DNA of 64,000 nt from an uncultured Rickettsiales bacterium (GTDB lineage: Bacteria > Pseudomonadota > Alphaproteobacteria > Rickettsiales > UBA8987), in NCBI GenBank assembly GCA_964445765.1, contig CAYULD010000004.1, positions 83,296 to 147,295 of the forward strand, given 5' to 3'. The notes under the pieces are model-generated. The model saw only the letters and a program-made list of their open reading frames with translations. It made no database searches and was not told the DNA's origin. Positions 56,907-64,000 of this stretch are shown piece by piece (the stretch's first letter is position 1; each line of letters opens with the position of its first letter). A program made the translations under genes and the position numbers.

Positions 56907-58331
56907 TTAATATCTATCACTTATGAAGATTGATGAATTGCTATCTTGAATGCCAGATTTTAATTCAGTGATTGTAAATTCAATATCTTTTCTATTCTGC
57001 TTTTGCTTGTTTGAAGTTACAAAAACCCTTAATTCTGCAACGGAATTTGCCAAAACTTTTATTTTACTCGGCTTAATTTTAGATGCAGATTGAATTTTGA
57101 TTTTAGCATTTTTTAAGCCTTTAACTTCAAGTTTATAATATTTATCATAATGAGTTTTATTGAGGATTTTTATAACATAATTGTTTCTAATTGAGCCATC
57201 AGAAAGCAGAACAAATAAGGGTGATCTATCGTGTATGGTGTGAATTTCGTGAAGTGTTCTGTTAAGTAATGCATATAAAATTAGCCCGCAAATAAAAGCT
57301 AACATAATTGAATAAATAACGGTTCTTGGGCGTATAAAGCGGAATTTAGAAGGAAGCCCTAACTTAACCCTTTGCATATTTCTTTCAGTGTCATATCTTA
57401 TTAAACCTCTTGGAAGGTTAATCATATCCATAGTTTCATTACAAGCATCAACACATAAACCACAAGCTATACATTCCATTTGAAGGCCGTTGCGAATATC
57501 AATTCCAGCGGGGCAAACATTAACGCACTTCATACAAGAAATACAATGCCCCCTGTTTTCCATTGAATCCCCTTGTTTATATTTACCACGAGGCTCACCC
57601 CTATTTTTATCATAGGTTATGATAAGGCTATCTTTATCAAACATTGCAGATTGAAAACGCGCATAAGGACACATAAAATTACAAACTTGCTCCCTCGCAA
57701 AGCCAGCCATTAAATAGGTGGAAAAGGTAAGGGCAACTATCCAGCCCCAAATTGCAAATGGAACATCTAAGTGGATTATATGATCAAATAGGGTAGGGGC
57801 ATCATTAAAATAGAAAACCCAAGCACCGCCTGTCATAAGCCCAATTAACAGCCATATTATATGGGTAAGTGTTTTTTTATAAATTTTCTTAAAGTTAATT
57901 TTGCCATCTTGATAGAGTTTCTGCTTATCTAAAGCCATTCTATCATTGCGATTGCCTTGCACTATGCGTTCTACCCAGATGAAAAAATCTGTCCAGATTG
58001 TTTGAAAGCAGAAATAACCACACCAAACCCGCCCAAATAAAGAGGTTACAAAGAAAAGCCCTAATGCGGCAACTATTAAAATGCCAGTTAAAATATAAAC
58101 TTCTTGCGGCCATATCTCAAACATAAAGAAGTAACCCCTGCGGTTTGCCATATCTATTAGAATGGCTTGATCTGGTGCGTGGGGGCCTCTATCCCACCTT
58201 ATCCAAGGGGCAAAGTAATATACTATTAACGCAATTATAGTTATAACCCATTTGATTTTGCGATATCTGCCCCATACTCTTTGTGGGTAAATTTTCTTCT
58301 TCTTTTCAAAATATGTGATGGCTGAGGTCAT
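56907..58331 (-). CDS. ccoG: cbb3-oxidase accessory protein CcoG/FixG (4Fe-4S, membrane)
   Basis: It has two ferredoxin-type clusters (CISCMKCVNVCP, CIACGLCVDAC), N-terminal TM helices and the CcoG-typical length. Confidence 0.92.
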   Translation of the reverse strand: MTSAITYFEKKKKIYPQRVWGRYRKIKWVITIIALIVYYFAPWIRWDRGPHAPDQAILIDMANRRGYFFMFEIWPQEVYILTGILIVAALGLFFVTSLFGRVWCGYFCFQTIWTDFFIWVERIVQGNRNDRMALDKQKLYQDGKINFKKIYKKTLTHIIWLLIGLMTGGAWVFYFNDAPTLFDHIIHLDVPFAIWGWIVALTFSTYLMAGFAREQVCNFMCPYARFQSAMFDKDSLIITYDKNRGEPRGKYKQGDSMENRGHCISCMKCVNVCPAGIDIRNGLQMECIACGLCVDACNETMDMINLPRGLIRYDTERNMQRVKLGLPSKFRFIRPRTVIYSIMLAFICGLILYALLNRTLHEIHTIHDRSPLFVLLSDGSIRNNYVIKILNKTHYDKYYKLEVKGLKNAKIKIQSASKIKPSKIKVLANSVAELRVFVTSNKQKQNRKDIEFTITELKSGIQDSNSSIFISDRY

Positions 58332-58379
58332 TAAATAGATGTATTTATTTTGTATAAATTATACATTGTTTTAAGTGTG

Positions 58380-58399
58380 TATCTGCAAAAATGCAGATA
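58380..58399. promoter_or_regulatory. 20-bp palindrome TATCTGCA-AAAA-TGCAGATA, candidate operator 1 upstream of ccoG
   Basis: Read directly. It starts 49 nt upstream of the ccoG ATG. A second copy is at 58446-58465. Confidence 0.4.
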
Positions 58400-58445
58400 T
58401 TTTCAGATTTGAATTAATATTCTATATCAATATATTATTTTAATT

Positions 58446-58465
58446 TATCTGCAAAATTGCAGATA
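58446..58465. promoter_or_regulatory. 20-bp palindrome TATCTGCA-AAAT-TGCAGATA, candidate operator 2
   Basis: Read directly. Its centre is 66 bp from the centre of copy 1. Confidence 0.4.
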
Positions 58466-58546
58466 AATTGGGTTGTTTTATAAAAAAGTTTTACTAAACT
58501 TTTTTAAGTAGATACCCTTTTAACTAAACTAAATACCCGCCACCCT

Positions 58547-58785
58547 ATGTTTTTTCGAACGGAGTTAGGAATCTGGTTAGTATATATTCCTTTTAGATCT
58601 TTCGCTTCGCTCAAGATGACGCAAGTTTTATTATTTTACTTGTCATCTCCGCGAAAGCGGAGATCTAAAACCTATCTTGGATTCCCGCTTTCGCGGGAAT
58701 GACAGTAGTTTTTAAGTGGATACCCCTATAATTTTTTCTTGCTGAAAAAATTCGGGGTATGACAAGCTAAAACCTAAACCCTATC
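58547..58785. repeat. Composite palindromic repeat, copy i (module A + module B), interrupted by a nested palindromic element at 58642-58703
   Basis: It aligns with copies at 59926-60078 and 60838-60989. The extra segment GTCATCTCCGCGAAAGCGGAGATC...GATTCCCGCTTTCGCGGGAATGAC is absent from the other two copies. Confidence 0.85.
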
Positions 58786-58872
58786 TTATTTGCCCTCACC
58801 CTCTGAAAGATAAATTCTTTAAGCTCTCCCAGAGGGAGAGGGAATTTTTTAGAGAGTATAACCAATCAGCAC

Positions 58873-59763
58873 CTATTTCCCACCACCTAGGGAGTGAACA
58901 TAGATAGTTAGTAATTTAATTTGAGTTTCGCTAAGCCTGCCTTCCCAATTTGGCATTTTACCCATTTTAGCATTATAAATATATAAGGGTAAGTCCTCCT
59001 TGGGGTTTTTTACTTTGAGCCATATTGCATCAGAAATATTTGGCGCACCAAAATCTGCGTTGCCTTCACCCTTTTCACCGTGGCAAGATGCACAATTATT
59101 AACAAAAATTTCCTCACCTTCTTTTAAGTAATTAGCTTTTTTGTTACTATTCAATTTGGAAAGCGAAAGCACATAATTTGCAACTTTTTCAATCTCTTCT
59201 TGATTAAGAACGCCATCTTTACCAAAGGCAGGCATTGCGGAATCTCTAGTTTCAGAATCATTAGACATTCTTATTCCGTGTCTAATAGTGTGAGAAATTG
59301 CATCAAAATCACCGCCCCAAATCCAATCATCATCATTTAAGTTGGGATAATTAATTGCACCAGCACCGCCTGTTTGATGGCAAGTTGCACAATTATCCTT
59401 AAAGATAATTTCACCTGCATTTTTAGCGAATTGGAATAATTCATCAGATTTTCTAATCTCATCAAGAGATAATTTTTCTACCTGCTTAATATATTTTGCT
59501 TTTCTCTTAACTATTTCTTTTTGATCATCTTTGAGTTTTTTATATTGTGTCCAGCCGAATGTGCCTTGAGTGGCATTTTTAATAGTTGGCCAAGCAGGGT
59601 AAACCACCCAATATCCGATACTCCAGATTATTGTTATAATAAAAACAATAAGCCACCAGCGAGGCATAGGGTTGTTGAGCTCTTTTAGGCCATCCCACTC
59701 GTGCCCTGTGGTTTCAACGCCGGAATGTTTATCAATTTCTTTTTTATTATTATCGTTACTCAT
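58873..59763 (-). CDS. ccoP: cbb3-type cytochrome c oxidase subunit III (dihaem)
   Basis: It has an N-terminal TM helix, a WDG..ELNNPMPRWW motif, and two CxxCH sites (CATCH, CASCH). Confidence 0.93.
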   Translation of the reverse strand: MSNDNNKKEIDKHSGVETTGHEWDGLKELNNPMPRWWLIVFIITIIWSIGYWVVYPAWPTIKNATQGTFGWTQYKKLKDDQKEIVKRKAKYIKQVEKLSLDEIRKSDELFQFAKNAGEIIFKDNCATCHQTGGAGAINYPNLNDDDWIWGGDFDAISHTIRHGIRMSNDSETRDSAMPAFGKDGVLNQEEIEKVANYVLSLSKLNSNKKANYLKEGEEIFVNNCASCHGEKGEGNADFGAPNISDAIWLKVKNPKEDLPLYIYNAKMGKMPNWEGRLSETQIKLLTIYVHSLGGGK

Positions 59764-59906
59764 TTATCCTCCATAGGAAGTTTAGAAATATCCTCAAATT
59801 TCTTTTTATTTTTTGGCCTGTAGGCATAAAAAACCGCAACCAAAAAGATTGCTAAAAAGAATAAAAGTGAAAATAATTTATAATTTATAATTTCTTGCTC
59901 ACTCAT
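59760..59906 (-). CDS. ccoQ: cbb3-type cytochrome c oxidase subunit IV (CcoQ), 48 aa
   Basis: Below the ORF-track size cut-off. My translation is MSEQEIINYKLFSLLFFLAIFLVAVFYAYRPKNKKKFEDISKLPMEDK. It has a single TM helix and the YAYRP.NK..F pattern typical of CcoQ. Its stop TGA overlaps the ccoP ATG (ATGA). Confidence 0.75.
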   Translation of the reverse strand: MSEQEIINYKLFSLLFFLAIFLVAVFYAYRPKNKKKFEDISKLPMEDK

Positions 59907-59925
59907 AAATTTATTACCTGTTAGT

Positions 59926-60085
59926 GTCATTTTTAACGGAGCGAGAAATCTAGTTGAAGTATATTTCTTTTAGATCTTTCGCTTCGCTCAAGATGACGCT
60001 AGTTTTTAAGTGGATACCCCTATAATTTTTTCTTACTGAAAAAATTCGGGGTATGACAAACTAAAACCTAACCCCTAACTAACTA
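59926..60085. repeat. Composite palindromic repeat, copy ii, filling the ccoO-ccoQ spacer
   Basis: Module A is GTCATTTTTAACGGAGCGAGAAATCT...AGATCTTTCGCTTCGCTCAAGATGAC. Module B is the hairpin ATACCCC...GGGGTAT plus the tail CTAAAACCTAACCCCTAACTAAC. Confidence 0.9.
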
Positions 60086-60089
60086 CCAA

Positions 60090-60803
60090 TCATTTCTTAT
60101 AATTCTTCAAGTCAGCGAAGGTGCCGAGTGCTTGAAGATAAGCAACTAGGGCATCAAACTCTGAAACTAAATTAGGGTTGCCATCAAAATCACGAACATT
60201 AACCTTTTCACCATATCCAGAAGTTAGCGAAGATGAATCTGCTTCAGCGGAAGCCTGTTTTATTGCGTCATTATATGCGTTTTCTATCATCGCATCATCA
60301 TAAGGCACACCAAGCATTTTTAGAGCCTTCATTTGAGATGCAACATCAGATAAATCAACACCTCTATTCTGCATAAATGCATAAGCTGGCATTATGGATT
60401 CAGGCACTAAATCACGAGGATTAATAAGATGTTCAATATGCCATTCATCAGAATATTTGCCACCTAGGCGAGCTAAATCAGGCCCTGTTCTTTTTGAACC
60501 CCATTGAAAGGGGTGATCATATTTGCTTTCACTTGCTAGGGAATAATGGCCGTATCTTTCAACTTCATCACGAAGTGGGCGAACTTGTTGGCTATGACAA
60601 TTATAACAACCTTCACGAATGTAAATGTTATATCCAGCGAGTTCTAGAGGTGTATAAGGGCGAATGCCTTCAACTTTTTCAAAGGTAACTTCGTGGCGAA
60701 ATAATGGCACAATTTCAACCAAGCCACCAATAGAAACCATTATTACTATGAATATTAGTAATAAGATTGAATTTTTTTCTAATTTTTCGTGTTTTGAAAG
60801 CAT
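60090..60803 (-). CDS. ccoO: cbb3-type cytochrome c oxidase subunit II (monohaem)
   Basis: CYNCHSQ haem site, an N-terminal TM anchor, and the conserved GPDL.R.G...S..WH..H motif. Confidence 0.95.
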   Translation of the reverse strand: MLSKHEKLEKNSILLLIFIVIMVSIGGLVEIVPLFRHEVTFEKVEGIRPYTPLELAGYNIYIREGCYNCHSQQVRPLRDEVERYGHYSLASESKYDHPFQWGSKRTGPDLARLGGKYSDEWHIEHLINPRDLVPESIMPAYAFMQNRGVDLSDVASQMKALKMLGVPYDDAMIENAYNDAIKQASAEADSSSLTSGYGEKVNVRDFDGNPNLVSEFDALVAYLQALGTFADLKNYKK

Positions 60804-60837
60804 AATTTATTTTTTAACATTTTGTTTTTTTTTTAGT

Positions 60838-60989
60838 GTCATATCCAGCGGAGTGAGAAATCTGGTTGAAGTATATTCCTTTTAGATCTTTCGCTTCGCT
60901 CAAGATGACGCTAGTTTTTAATTGGATACCCCTATAATTTTTTCTTACTGAAAAAATTCGGGGTATGACAAACTAAAACCTAGCCCCTA
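60838..60989. repeat. Composite palindromic repeat, copy iii, filling the ccoN-ccoO spacer and overlapping the ccoN stop codon
   Basis: About 10 mismatches to copy ii over ~150 nt by hand alignment. The ccoN stop (60980-60982) lies in the repeat tail AAACCTAGCCCC. Confidence 0.9.
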
Positions 60990-62392
60990 TTAATATCAAG
61001 CTCTTTACTGGTGATAGTTTTATAAACATTATAAACCATAATCAGCATTCCAGCGATATAAAGCAGGCCACCTAAAGCCCTAATCAAATAATAAGGGTGC
61101 ATTGCCATAACGGTTTCAACAAATGAATATTCAAGCAAGCCATATTCATTATAACTACGCCACATTAAGCCTTGCATAATACCTGCAACCCACATTGCTG
61201 TGATGTATAGAACGATACCTATAGTTGCTACCCAAAGGTGAGTGTTAACTAATTTATTAGAATATAAGCCTTGCTTATTCCATAGCACCGGCACTAAGTG
61301 ATAAAGTGCACCCATTGTAATAAACCCAACCCAGCCTAATGCACCGCTGTGAACATGACCGATTGTCCAATCAGTGTAGTGAGAAAGTGCATTAACCGCC
61401 TTAATTGACATTAATGGCCCTTCAAAAGTGCTCATTCCATAAAAGGCGAGGGAGATAATCATAAATCTAAGAACTGCATCTGAGCGTAATTTATCCCAAG
61501 CACCTGAGAGAGTCATAACGCCGTTTATCATACCGCCCCAAGAAGGCATCCAGAGGATAATAGAGAATGTCATACCTAAAGTTTGTGCCCAATCTGGCAG
61601 AGATGTATAAAGCAAATGGTGTGGCCCTGCCCAGATATAAATAAAGATAAGCGACCAAAAGTGAACGATTGATAATCTATAAGAATAGACAGGCCTTTCA
61701 GCTCGCTTTGGAATAAAATAATACATTATACCTAAGAAGCCAGCCGTTAAGAAAAAGCCAACCGCATTATGACCATACCACCATTGAATTAATGCAGATT
61801 GCACACCACCCCAAACCGGCACAGATTTAATTGATGTTAATGAAAGTGGAATTGATAAAGCGTTGATAATGTGAAGAACCGCAACTGTAACAATGAACGC
61901 TAAATAAAACCAGTTCGCAACATAGATGTGAGGCTCTTTACGGTTTTTAAGCGTCATTAAGAAAATAACTAAATAAGCAACCCAAACTACGCATAGCCAT
62001 AAATCAGCATACCATTCTGGCTCTGCATATTCTTTACCTTGAGTAACGCCGAAAAGATAGCCAAGCCCAGCCATTAATATAAAAGATTGATAACCCCAGA
62101 AGGTGAAATCAGCCCATTTATCACCCCAAAGGCGAGTTTTGCAAGTTCTTTGCACTACAAAATAACTAGTGGCAAATAATGCATTGCCACCGAAAGCAAA
62201 GATTACTGCGGATGTGTGGAGAGGGCGAAGCCTGCCGAATGTAAGATATTCACCAAAATTTAACTCAGGAAATGCCATTTGAAGTGCAATAACCAAGCCG
62301 ACTAAAAAGCCTGCAACACCCCAAAAAATGGTAGCGATTGTGAATTTTTTAACAATATCGTAATTATATATAGTATTAATCTGTGAATTCAT
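60980..62392 (-). CDS. ccoN: cbb3-type cytochrome c oxidase subunit I
   Basis: A 12-TM haem-copper oxidase core with conserved His ligands ([55 protein letters not shown]). Confidence 0.97.
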   Translation of the reverse strand: MNSQINTIYNYDIVKKFTIATIFWGVAGFLVGLVIALQMAFPELNFGEYLTFGRLRPLHTSAVIFAFGGNALFATSYFVVQRTCKTRLWGDKWADFTFWGYQSFILMAGLGYLFGVTQGKEYAEPEWYADLWLCVVWVAYLVIFLMTLKNRKEPHIYVANWFYLAFIVTVAVLHIINALSIPLSLTSIKSVPVWGGVQSALIQWWYGHNAVGFFLTAGFLGIMYYFIPKRAERPVYSYRLSIVHFWSLIFIYIWAGPHHLLYTSLPDWAQTLGMTFSIILWMPSWGGMINGVMTLSGAWDKLRSDAVLRFMIISLAFYGMSTFEGPLMSIKAVNALSHYTDWTIGHVHSGALGWVGFITMGALYHLVPVLWNKQGLYSNKLVNTHLWVATIGIVLYITAMWVAGIMQGLMWRSYNEYGLLEYSFVETVMAMHPYYLIRALGGLLYIAGMLIMVYNVYKTITSKELDINRG

Positions 62393-62399
62393 TTTTTAC

Positions 62400-63143
62400 C
62401 TATCGTTCAATGTGATTGATAATAATTAAAATCAAAAACGCACCATTGACTAACATCAAATATGGTGAGTATTTTTTTATATCTGTTCTTAACTTTTTAA
62501 TAAAAAATCCAATTCCGTAATTGCTTAAAGTCAAGGGAATGAAAGTTCCAGCCCCAAAAGATGCAAGAGCCAACGCACCTGTTGCAAAATTACCAGTTGA
62601 AGCCGAGGCGATAAAAGCCGCATATAAAAAAGCACAAGGCAAAAACCCCATTAAAACGCCAAATAAGAAGGAATTATTAAGGGTTTCCTTTGATAAAAAT
62701 TTTTTAGAGATGTTATTTATTGCTGTTGAAAATTTGCCATAATTAAAAAATTTTTTGGCAAAACCGATATTAAAGGCTGAGATAATCATCAGAATAATTG
62801 CAAATGAAAGAATTGCTATTCTAGCAATTTCAAAATATTTTTCAGAGATAACAGAAACTGAAACCCAAGCTACAATACCGCCAATTAATGAGTAAGTAAA
62901 AATTCTGCCTAAATGATATGTTATTAAAAGGCTGTTATAAAATCTTTTTAATTCTGAAAAATTATTTTCATCACATTTATTACAAGAAAGTTTTTTAGTA
63001 GATAACGCAAACGCAAAGGGGGAGCACATCATAGAGCAATGAGTAAAACCGCCAATAAGCCCAGCTATAAACATTGCCCAAAGCACCCCCCCTTCAATAG
63101 TGTAAGATGATAAACAAAATAAATTTAATGAATGATTATGCAT
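62400..63143 (-). CDS. DsbD_2 / TauE-like polytopic membrane protein with an HCSMMC motif
   Basis: About 6-7 TM segments, with GGFTHCSMMCSPF in TM1. It ends 7 nt before the ccoN ATG, so it is probably co-transcribed with the oxidase genes. Confidence 0.6.
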   Translation of the reverse strand: MHNHSLNLFCLSSYTIEGGVLWAMFIAGLIGGFTHCSMMCSPFAFALSTKKLSCNKCDENNFSELKRFYNSLLITYHLGRIFTYSLIGGIVAWVSVSVISEKYFEIARIAILSFAIILMIISAFNIGFAKKFFNYGKFSTAINNISKKFLSKETLNNSFLFGVLMGFLPCAFLYAAFIASASTGNFATGALALASFGAGTFIPLTLSNYGIGFFIKKLRTDIKKYSPYLMLVNGAFLILIIINHIER

Positions 63144-63160
63144 CTATAAATAAAAAGGAA

Positions 63161-63802
63161 TTAGAATTTATAGGTAACACCAACACCGAAAATCCAAGGG
63201 TCAAGATCAACATCACCAGTGATTGCACCATTATTGATTGATACATCAGTGTTCAAGTATAGCCTTTTAATATCAAGGTTTAAGCCCCAATGCTCATCAT
63301 ACATAAAATCAGAACCCATTTGAAGAGCATAGCCAAAGCCATCTTCATATTCAACTCTGTTTAAGCCAGCACCTTTTTCAACATCATAAAAGAAGGTATA
63401 ATTAACACCTGCACCAACATAAGGCTTGATGGTATCACAAATATCAAGGTGATATTGTGCCGTTAAGGTTGGTGGTAAAACATTAACTTTACCTAAATCT
63501 ACATATTGCCCAAGTGATGAGCCTTTTGCAGACATTTCGTGCTCAGTAGTTGCAAGAATTAATTCAAACGCAAGATTTCTATTAACGAAATAAGTTATAT
63601 CAAATTCTGGAACAACATCAGGCTCCGCATTAGCACCGCCACCTATTGATAAAGCTGATTCTGCATCACCTGCATCAACTTTTATTGCCCTTACCCTTAA
63701 TTGCCAAGGGTTAGAATATTCATTATTAGATTTATTACCAGCAAAAGAAGCAGATGAAATTAATGAAGAAGTTATAAGTAAAGTTGATAGTAGTTTTTTC
63801 AT
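63161..63802 (-). CDS. ompW: OmpW-family outer-membrane protein
   Basis: It has a signal peptide, an 8-strand barrel pattern, LPPTLTAQYH and KPYVGAGVNYT motifs, and a C-terminal GVGVTYKF. Confidence 0.85.
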   Translation of the reverse strand: MKKLLSTLLITSSLISSASFAGNKSNNEYSNPWQLRVRAIKVDAGDAESALSIGGGANAEPDVVPEFDITYFVNRNLAFELILATTEHEMSAKGSSLGQYVDLGKVNVLPPTLTAQYHLDICDTIKPYVGAGVNYTFFYDVEKGAGLNRVEYEDGFGYALQMGSDFMYDEHWGLNLDIKRLYLNTDVSINNGAITGDVDLDPWIFGVGVTYKF

Positions 63803-63855
63803 AATATAATTATTGGTTGCGACAGCATTATTATATTATTAACTTTCTGTAATAA

Positions 63856-63869
63856 TTGATTTTTATCAA
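63856..63869. promoter_or_regulatory. Perfect FNR/FixK box TTGAT-TTTT-ATCAA upstream of ompW (and probably the cco genes)
   Basis: Read directly. On the minus strand a TATAAT (63835-63830) follows 20 nt after the box. That puts the box centre near -40, the class II geometry. Confidence 0.6.
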
Positions 63870-63893
63870 GCTATTGCTTGTTTTTTTGATTTA

Positions 63894-63946
63894 GTCATCC
63901 TGAACGAAGTGAAGGATCTTAGATTCTTCGCCACGCTCAGAATGAC
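63894..63946. repeat. GTCAT...ATGAC palindromic repeat (53 bp), with an additional half-copy at 63969-63996
   Basis: GTCATCCTGAACGAAGTGAAGGATCT-T-AGATTCTTCGCCACGCTCAGAATGAC. The half-copy reads ATAGATTCTTCGCTATGCTCAGAATGAC. Confidence 0.9.
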
Positions 63947-64000
63947 AGACCAAATGCTAAAATGCCATAGATTCTTCGCTATGCTCAGAATGACAAGAGC

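Noticed and set aside
58547-60989. Possible CRISPR array, because a similar ~150-bp unit recurs three times
   Set aside because: The units are far longer than CRISPR repeats and are internally palindromic. The intervening 'spacers' are the conserved ccoP, ccoQ and ccoO genes. No cas genes are present.

Overview
This is a visibly AT-rich bacterial chromosome segment; GC content was not computed. The gene set is alphaproteobacterial: atpI-B-E-F'-F with two b-type subunits, a DUF1013/TrcR-like gene, FliX, lptG-lptD-surA, rimP-nusA, and ccoNOQP plus ccoG. Many palindromic intergenic repeats, broken canonical operons and orphan genes suggest a Rickettsiales/Holosporales-like host-associated lineage, but that is inference only. 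I can support about 50 protein genes, one tRNA-Arg(UCU), one small unannotated gene (ccoQ), several intrinsic terminators and a perfect FNR/FixK box. The observations most worth a second look are these. (1) A 46-bp perfect direct repeat brackets a 2.3-kb cassette of two orphan ORFs between a hydrolase gene and anmK. Each copy supplies a gene's 3' end on opposite strands. (2) Two very large low-complexity proteins (1517 and 964 aa) lack signal peptides and carry the same promoter block at the same distance from their ATGs. (3) A compact cluster encodes an outer-membrane barrel, a processive GT2 synthase with an N-terminal MshEN (c-di-GMP-binding) domain, and a CheY-like receiver. (4) A ~150-bp composite palindromic repeat sits in every spacer of the cbb3 oxidase operon, including a nested insertion and a stop codon that lies inside a repeat. 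(5) Unusual fusions include HpnC-HpnD next to ispB, and DksA with a lysine-rich histone-like N-terminal extension and a degenerate zinc finger. No homology search or folding computation could be run. All family calls rest on motifs I recognise in the translations.
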